Assembly (NCBI GenBank): GCA_021432655.1
Contig: MU271565.1
Location: 1 to 39,644, forward strand
DNA length: 39,644 bases
DNA from: Atractiella rhizophila
Taxonomy: Eukaryota
Direction: 5' to 3'
The notes beneath the pieces are model-generated. The model did no database searches. It was not told where the DNA came from and saw nothing but the letters and a program-made list of their open reading frames with translations. A program made the translations under genes and the position numbers. Every line of letters begins with the position of its first letter. The stretch's first letter is position 1. Of the stretch, positions 33,881 to 39,644 are shown piece by piece.

Positions 33881-35827
33881 TCACACATTTTCTGCCAATT
33901 GCAGCCGAGGAGACGGTAGTGATTTATAGTTTGATAGAGAAGGAAGTGGAACATGATCAAGCGGCAAAGCTTTGGATGTGGGCCAACGAGCGAGTAATTC
34001 GCTCCGTAGCGAGTCCTCCAAAGGATAAAGCTGCCTCTTCAAATTCTGAAGCTCTTGGCACGCGTCCGGTCCAGCACAGACGTGTTCTATGTCAGCGGTA
34101 TGAAAGTCGATGATGGCGAGAGAACCATCTGTTCTTCTGAGGACGTTGCACGGATATATGTCGCCGTGCAAGATGCCCACGCGATGCAATGTGACTACGT
34201 TTTCCCAGAGTTACATCCTATCACATCGTATGTCATTATACGAGCCAAAGCATGGATGTAACTCACTTGTCACTCTCAGGCAGCTTGGACAAATTCTCCA
34301 CCTCCATCCCCACATCTTCAAGGAGCAGAAAGTACATCGGATAGCTTTTTCCCAGTTGCCAGACGCCATATGCTTCAGGAACAAAGGACAGACCATACCG
34401 AGCGAGGCGGCGATAGACCGATACTTCATGGAGCATGGTTTGTTTGAGGCTTTCATCAAACGTCTTTGCAATGACTGACACGGATGTGCCTGGAAAATGT
34501 CCCCGGAACACCCATGCTCCGCCGTCGTGATCGAATTCATAATTCAGATGGACGTGAGGCTCTTCGCTGGATGGTAGTGAAGGTAAACGTAACCTCTTGC
34601 TATTGCCAAAAATCGAGATAGGATGGGTAAGAGTGAGATCGTAACTCTTGAGGATGGAGTTTTTCAGGTTGAACAAAATTCTCAGGCGGGTAATCGGTAA
34701 CTTGGTCACTTAAACTCGGGACTTGCAAAGAACTCCTCACCCGAGCAAGATCAGAAGACGCGCTTTGTGCATCCTTCGATCTCCCACAACAGTACGAGAG
34801 TTCGTGGAGACCGTCGCAAGCTCCTTGATCTTGCTGAGGAGAAGATTTGGCAGAACCGTAGACACGAAGATGTTCCGCTCGACTGTAAACCGAGCTGGCG
34901 CTCCCAAATCGCTGCTCGGTCGGAGGTGGATCCGTCGAAAGGAGGGTCTCGAATTGTTCGATGACGATGGACTGACGCTCAAAAGGGGATATGAGGTGTT
35001 AGAGACTGGGGGAGGACCAATAGCATCCACAACATGGATGGAATGTAGTACTCCGAGTTTAGAGCCAACGGATCAGAAAAAGTCAAGCAGGTCTTCCCTT
35101 GCACAGAGGCTTTCTCGGAGAGGCTGGCCATTGACAGGTTCTGGATGAATCCAGACCTGATGTCCATACCAGCAAACGCGGCGGAGAACTAAAAGAAGGG
35201 TAAGCGACCTAAGAACAGATATTCATATTGCCAAATTACACACCTTATCAACAATTGCCTGCCCTCCGCGAGACCCCTTGTTAAAATCAAATACTGTTGG
35301 GGTATTCGCTCTGATATACTTGTCCGCACCCGCTCTAACGCATCGTAAAGCGAGGGGCTTATCTGGTCAACCGTCATCAGTGTCTTGTCTTCCGACGATA
35401 TGCTCTGATCCACATGCAACCCATGAAGATTTCTCTGCTTTAGGAGTAGCAGAGTCGAATCAGCATGAGTTTCGAATGTGGTGAAAAGGTCCCTCAGAAC
35501 CGGCAACACTCGACTGCTATAGTGGCCCAAGATTTCATCCCAGAACTGGATCCTATCCACATGGGCGCGTCTCGTGGCCAGGCTGTCGACGGCTCCGGGA
35601 ACCAGGATATCATCCATTGTGGCTGGACTGTCCAAGAAATCAAACAACTGTTGTGTAAGGCGAAGAGCCATGTCGGGTTCTCGAATAGCGGTGTATGGAA
35701 GGATTTGCGGCATGATCGGCTTTGGGGTGTAGGGCGATATGGCATCCTTTCCAGGGACAATCTTCGGAAGAGAGAAGCGGGTATCTTGAAGATACCGCTG
35801 GAGCCGCAAAATTTGGCTTTTCGACAT
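33881..35827 (-). pseudogene. Degenerate fungal kinase-like (atypical PKL) gene
   Basis: Kinase motifs VIAK, HEVSVYRRL, VPEAYG, LLLEDVG, LHRVGILHGDIYPCNV, IIDF and HxC..CxEL. In-frame TAA at 34211-34213 just after the intron acceptor; the upstream region needs frame changes (~35280, ~34980, ~34720). Confidence 0.7.
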
Positions 35828-37033
35828 ATTGAACGGGAGATGAGCTGTCTTCCTACCTATCTATAAGCCTAGGATGCAAACAATCCGCCTCTCTGTTCAG
35901 TGGACGTACCAGTAGACTCAACTCAGGGTCTCAGTCACACATTCAGACCATCGTCGTTTTCGGTTTCGTTGGTTGTCGGATCTCGTAAATATGAGTCAGG
36001 ACCACTTGGTGAGTGCCATTGTTGCAACCTTCAATTGCAATGGTAGTGTCGGTGGAGTCAGGTAAATCAAGTTTGGCAGATACACGTACATGGGGAATGC
36101 TTGAATAGGGATGACATGGAAGATAGGAGATGGAAGACCAGTGTATGCAAGCCGCAGGGAACAATTCCCACGCGAGTGGTTCGAGACTCCAGTCAGGAAA
36201 TGAAAAGGCTGGCAAAGGAACTCGAGGAGGAGACGAAGCACAGAGAGGAGTGGGAAGATTAATATTAGAGGTTACGTGCAATCTCGTTTAGCATACGTGG
36301 GTAGAAACCAGTGCTGAGCACATTGCATTATATAACGTTAATCATTACTTTTTTAATGCAAAATAATGCTTTTGTCGTACACTATAATGTAATGCTATGA
36401 TGATAAACTTCTTCGAGAACCCTCTGGATGAAGTTGGTCGGGGTCTCGCTTGGAGGGATTGAACGACCTGTTGAAAGAAATAAACATATTCAGTCTAGAA
36501 ACGTAAATGTTGTTGTTCTCGGTTCATCCTGCCATCTCAGTTGAGTGGTCATTACTTGTTCTAGAATATTCTTACTTGGTCTCGTGTTTTCTGGTTTCTC
36601 ACTATCTTACTTTCTCTTGAATGTTCTAGAATAATGTTTCTACAAGTATATAAAGACTCAAAAAGGCGAAATAATAATCATTGCAATTTCACAATAACAA
36701 CAAATGTGCTGACAATGCTCAACCGAGTAAGAAAGATAGAAGTGTGAGGAATTTGTCAATAACTTGGCGCTCTACGTGACGATAATAATAAATATTTATA
36801 TCGCCTCGTAATTTGGAAGAAGTTCCGAAGATGATTATGAGAACTTTGGAAGGCGGATTCCAGTCCAACAAACAAGACGCAAATAAGGACAACACCCTTT
36901 TCAACCCTCCACCATCCAACCAGTCACAGCAACCCTGCTCCCTCTTTTTTCGCTACACAGCTCCCCTAAATCACTAAATTAACACTGGATTTTTAACGGA
37001 CGATACGACTTTGCACCAGCCCACGGTCAGAAG

Positions 37034-39644
37034 TATGGACCGCGATCTACCCAATCCAGAGGAGGAAGTTGACAACCCAACCCTCCCGCCAATGGACGCC
37101 GAGACTGAAGAGTTATGGTCATCACGCGGTGCGTATTTCTTTCTTTATTTATTGCCAAAAGTCATAGTGAAAATGGGAAACATAGCCCTGCTCCTCGTCC
37201 TCCTTTTTACTCATCCTCTCCTTCTGGACTTCATACACCCTCCGCGTCCGACGCATACGCACCGTCCACGAAACCATCATCGCGCCCTCCTCATGGGCAT
37301 GGTGGTAGGTCTCGTGCTGAGAGTCAGTCCGGGGACATGGCTCCAGTCCATGGTTTCTTTCAAACACACCATCATGATGAACGTCCTTCTCCCGCCCATC
37401 ATCTTATCCAGCGGGTACGACTTGAAACAAAGACACTTTTTCCGGAGCTTTGGAGTCATATTGGGCTTCGCATTCGTCGTATGTCCCTCCATACCTCCCC
37501 CCTTACTCATAGTGGAGTTGTTAACCTTGTTGCTGGGGATAGGGGACTTTCATCTCTGCGATGGTCATCGGTCTTGTCGTTTTCCTCTGGTCTCAACTGG
37601 GATTCGAAGGACTCCAGCCGGGTATCATCGAGTGTTTGATTTTTGGAAGTTCTTTGAGTGCAACGGATCCGGTCACTGTTCTTGGTGCGTGTCTATTCTG
37701 AGGAGAGAGAGAGGAGCAGAGGCTTGGGTTCCAAGAAAGGGTGTATGACTTCGAAAAGCACGCAGTGAAAGGAGGAAGGAGTGATCGTCCTGGTTGTGCC
37801 TCCTTTTTTCTGACAAAAGGGAGAAGGTATCTCAGCCAAGGAAGAGATACTCGGAGGATATGCTCCTGCCTCATTCACTTTGTCTCGCTTTGTTCTCTTT
37901 CATTCTGCATGGAGAACTCCAATTAGGAGGGTCATCCAGATCAGATTAGCTTCCGTGAAAGGAGTTTAGTTGTTGAGTCTGTTGACAATTGACATTGGAG
38001 AGTTGTATTCCCTGCCTCGCTTCCATGGAGAAAGCATGGAGCACTGTTTTCTGTAGGCGTCCAAATAGAACGGAAGGGGTGGCTTGAACGTGTTACCATT
38101 TGCACAAAGGCAAAGCCTACGCCACGACAGAAGGCTGTTCGAAGGCAGATGAGGGTTGATAGCATACCATGACTAGCCCTGCTATCCAATCCGGCGCAGG
38201 GGCAGCAAACACTGCGACCGGTGGTAGTTGATTGGTGCAATACCGGCAAAGTTTCTGACGGGTCACTGAAAATAACTGGTTCAGTCTCGTTGAACACAGC
38301 GTTTGCGACCATGACCCGGGGTTATCTTTTGCCCTAATGAAATTGCCTTTCTATTCTCTAACCATGTTCAACTGCTTAAACGCCGGAAATCATATACTGA
38401 CATCTCTCTTTCGTTAGCAATCTTCAATGCTCTGAAGGTAGAACCGAAACTCTATTCCGTCATATTTGGCGAGTCTCTGCTCAATGATGCGGTCGCTATC
38501 GTGATGTTCGAGTGAGTTCTCTATTATTTGGACCTCGGTCTCTGTGACTGACAACATCCCAGAACTCTGAAGCACGTTCACACCATGGTACCATCGCTTT
38601 ATTCTGTGATTCACGGAGTCGGCGTCTTCTTGCTCGTGTTCTCCATATCCATGTTCCTTGGAGCTGTGTTTGGATTAGGATGTAGCTTGATGCTCAAGCA
38701 TTCAAGGTATCCTTTTCCCCATCTCGGTTTAAAGTTGTGGTCGCTAACGTGAGAGCGCAGATTGGGCGAATGGCCAGACACGGAAACATGTTTGGTGTTC
38801 CTCATCGCTTATACCAGCTACTTCTTTAGCAATGCGCTCAATGTCAGCGGTTAGTCAATCCTGTTCTGCCAGTTTCCTGCTTCAGGTTCTCACACTTCTC
38901 GCAGGTATCGTATCACTCCTCTTCTGTGGTATCACGCTAAAGCATTACGCCTACCACAACATGTCTCACAAGACGCAGAAGACGACGAAATACATCTTCC
39001 ACACTCTTTCGCAGCTTTCGGAGAACTTTATCTTTATCTACCTTGGCCTCACGCTGTTCACACAAACCGACTTGGTTTATAAGCCGCTCTTCATCGCGGT
39101 CACTGCGGTAAGATTTATTGTTGGATTGGTTCATCGGCTGATGCCCTTTCAAGGTCGCTGTCGTCATGGCTCGCTACTGTGCTGTCTTCCCTCTGTCCAA
39201 CGCCATCAACTGGATCTTTCGCGCAAAAGACCAAGCTTTGGGTGCGAACGTCTCTCATCATCATGTGACCTCGTCTGGCGCTCTCCCTTACGCCAATGAC
39301 CATACGCCACAACCCGAGATCCCGCATGCGCACCAGATGATGTTGTTCTGGGCTGGCTTACGTGGTGCTGTCGACGTCGCTCTTGCTGCTGGCATTGAGG
39401 GACCTCACGCGAAAAGTTTGAGGACGACGGTGCTTGTGAATGTGGTATTGAGTATGATGGTGTTTGGAGGGACGACGATGAAGATGATTGAGGTTGTTGG
39501 CGTGCGGACAGGAGTGGTTGATGAGGAGGATAGTAGTGACGATGAAGACGACATGCGATATTTCCAGGAGGGAGGATATGGAATGGTGGACGATCGCGAT
39601 CGCGAACGTGGATATAAGGACGATGGAGTGTATGGGGGGAGAAA
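37034..39644 (+). CDS. NHX1: Endosomal Na+(K+)/H+ exchanger (CPA1, Nhx1-like), partial at window end, with compensated double frameshift
   Basis: NVLLPPIILSSGY, FAFV|GTFIS, LSATDPVTVL|AIF, IFGESLLNDAVAIV, SYFFSN, S|GIVSLLFCGITLKHY, SENFIFIYLG, FWAGLRGAV and FGGTT. Long intron 37685-38417. Confidence 0.9.

Noticed and set aside
36300..36850. AT-rich tract with repeated gttctagaata as a transposon
   Set aside because: No transposase or RT motifs, LTR pair or TIRs detected.
1..39644. CRISPR arrays, tRNA, rRNA, prokaryotic operons
   Set aside because: Eukaryotic spliced genes throughout; no repeat-spacer array, cloverleaf or rRNA-like sequence recognised.

Overview
Eukaryotic, intron-rich fungal DNA: short GT-AG introns with GTRNGT donors and CTRAC-like branch points, most consistent with a basidiomycete (inference). 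Exons were stitched by hand because the ORF track fragments spliced genes. In order: a disrupted F-box-like gene fragment, a PEBP/TFS1-like gene, an intronless TPI1, a divergent UDP-glucose 4-epimerase, ATG18 (apparent frameshift), two paralogous multi-TM + DUF3431-like genes flanking an intronless F-box gene (the first carries an ~820 bp tandem duplication of its 5' end), an orphan gene, OST1/ribophorin I, a type II membrane GT-A-fold glycosyltransferase, a DHA1 MFS transporter, tartrate/D-malate dehydrogenase, an NmrA-like gene, a decayed kinase-like pseudogene, and an NHX1-type Na+/H+ exchanger running off the window end with a compensated double frameshift. The best candidate for an undescribed system is the glycosylation-related set within ~24 kb (atypical epimerase, two polytopic DUF3431-like proteins, an unusual GT and OST1). 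This is a hypothesis. Five conserved genes also carry one unusually long intron each. Family calls are from motif recognition only; no searches were run, and the frameshifts could be assembly indels.
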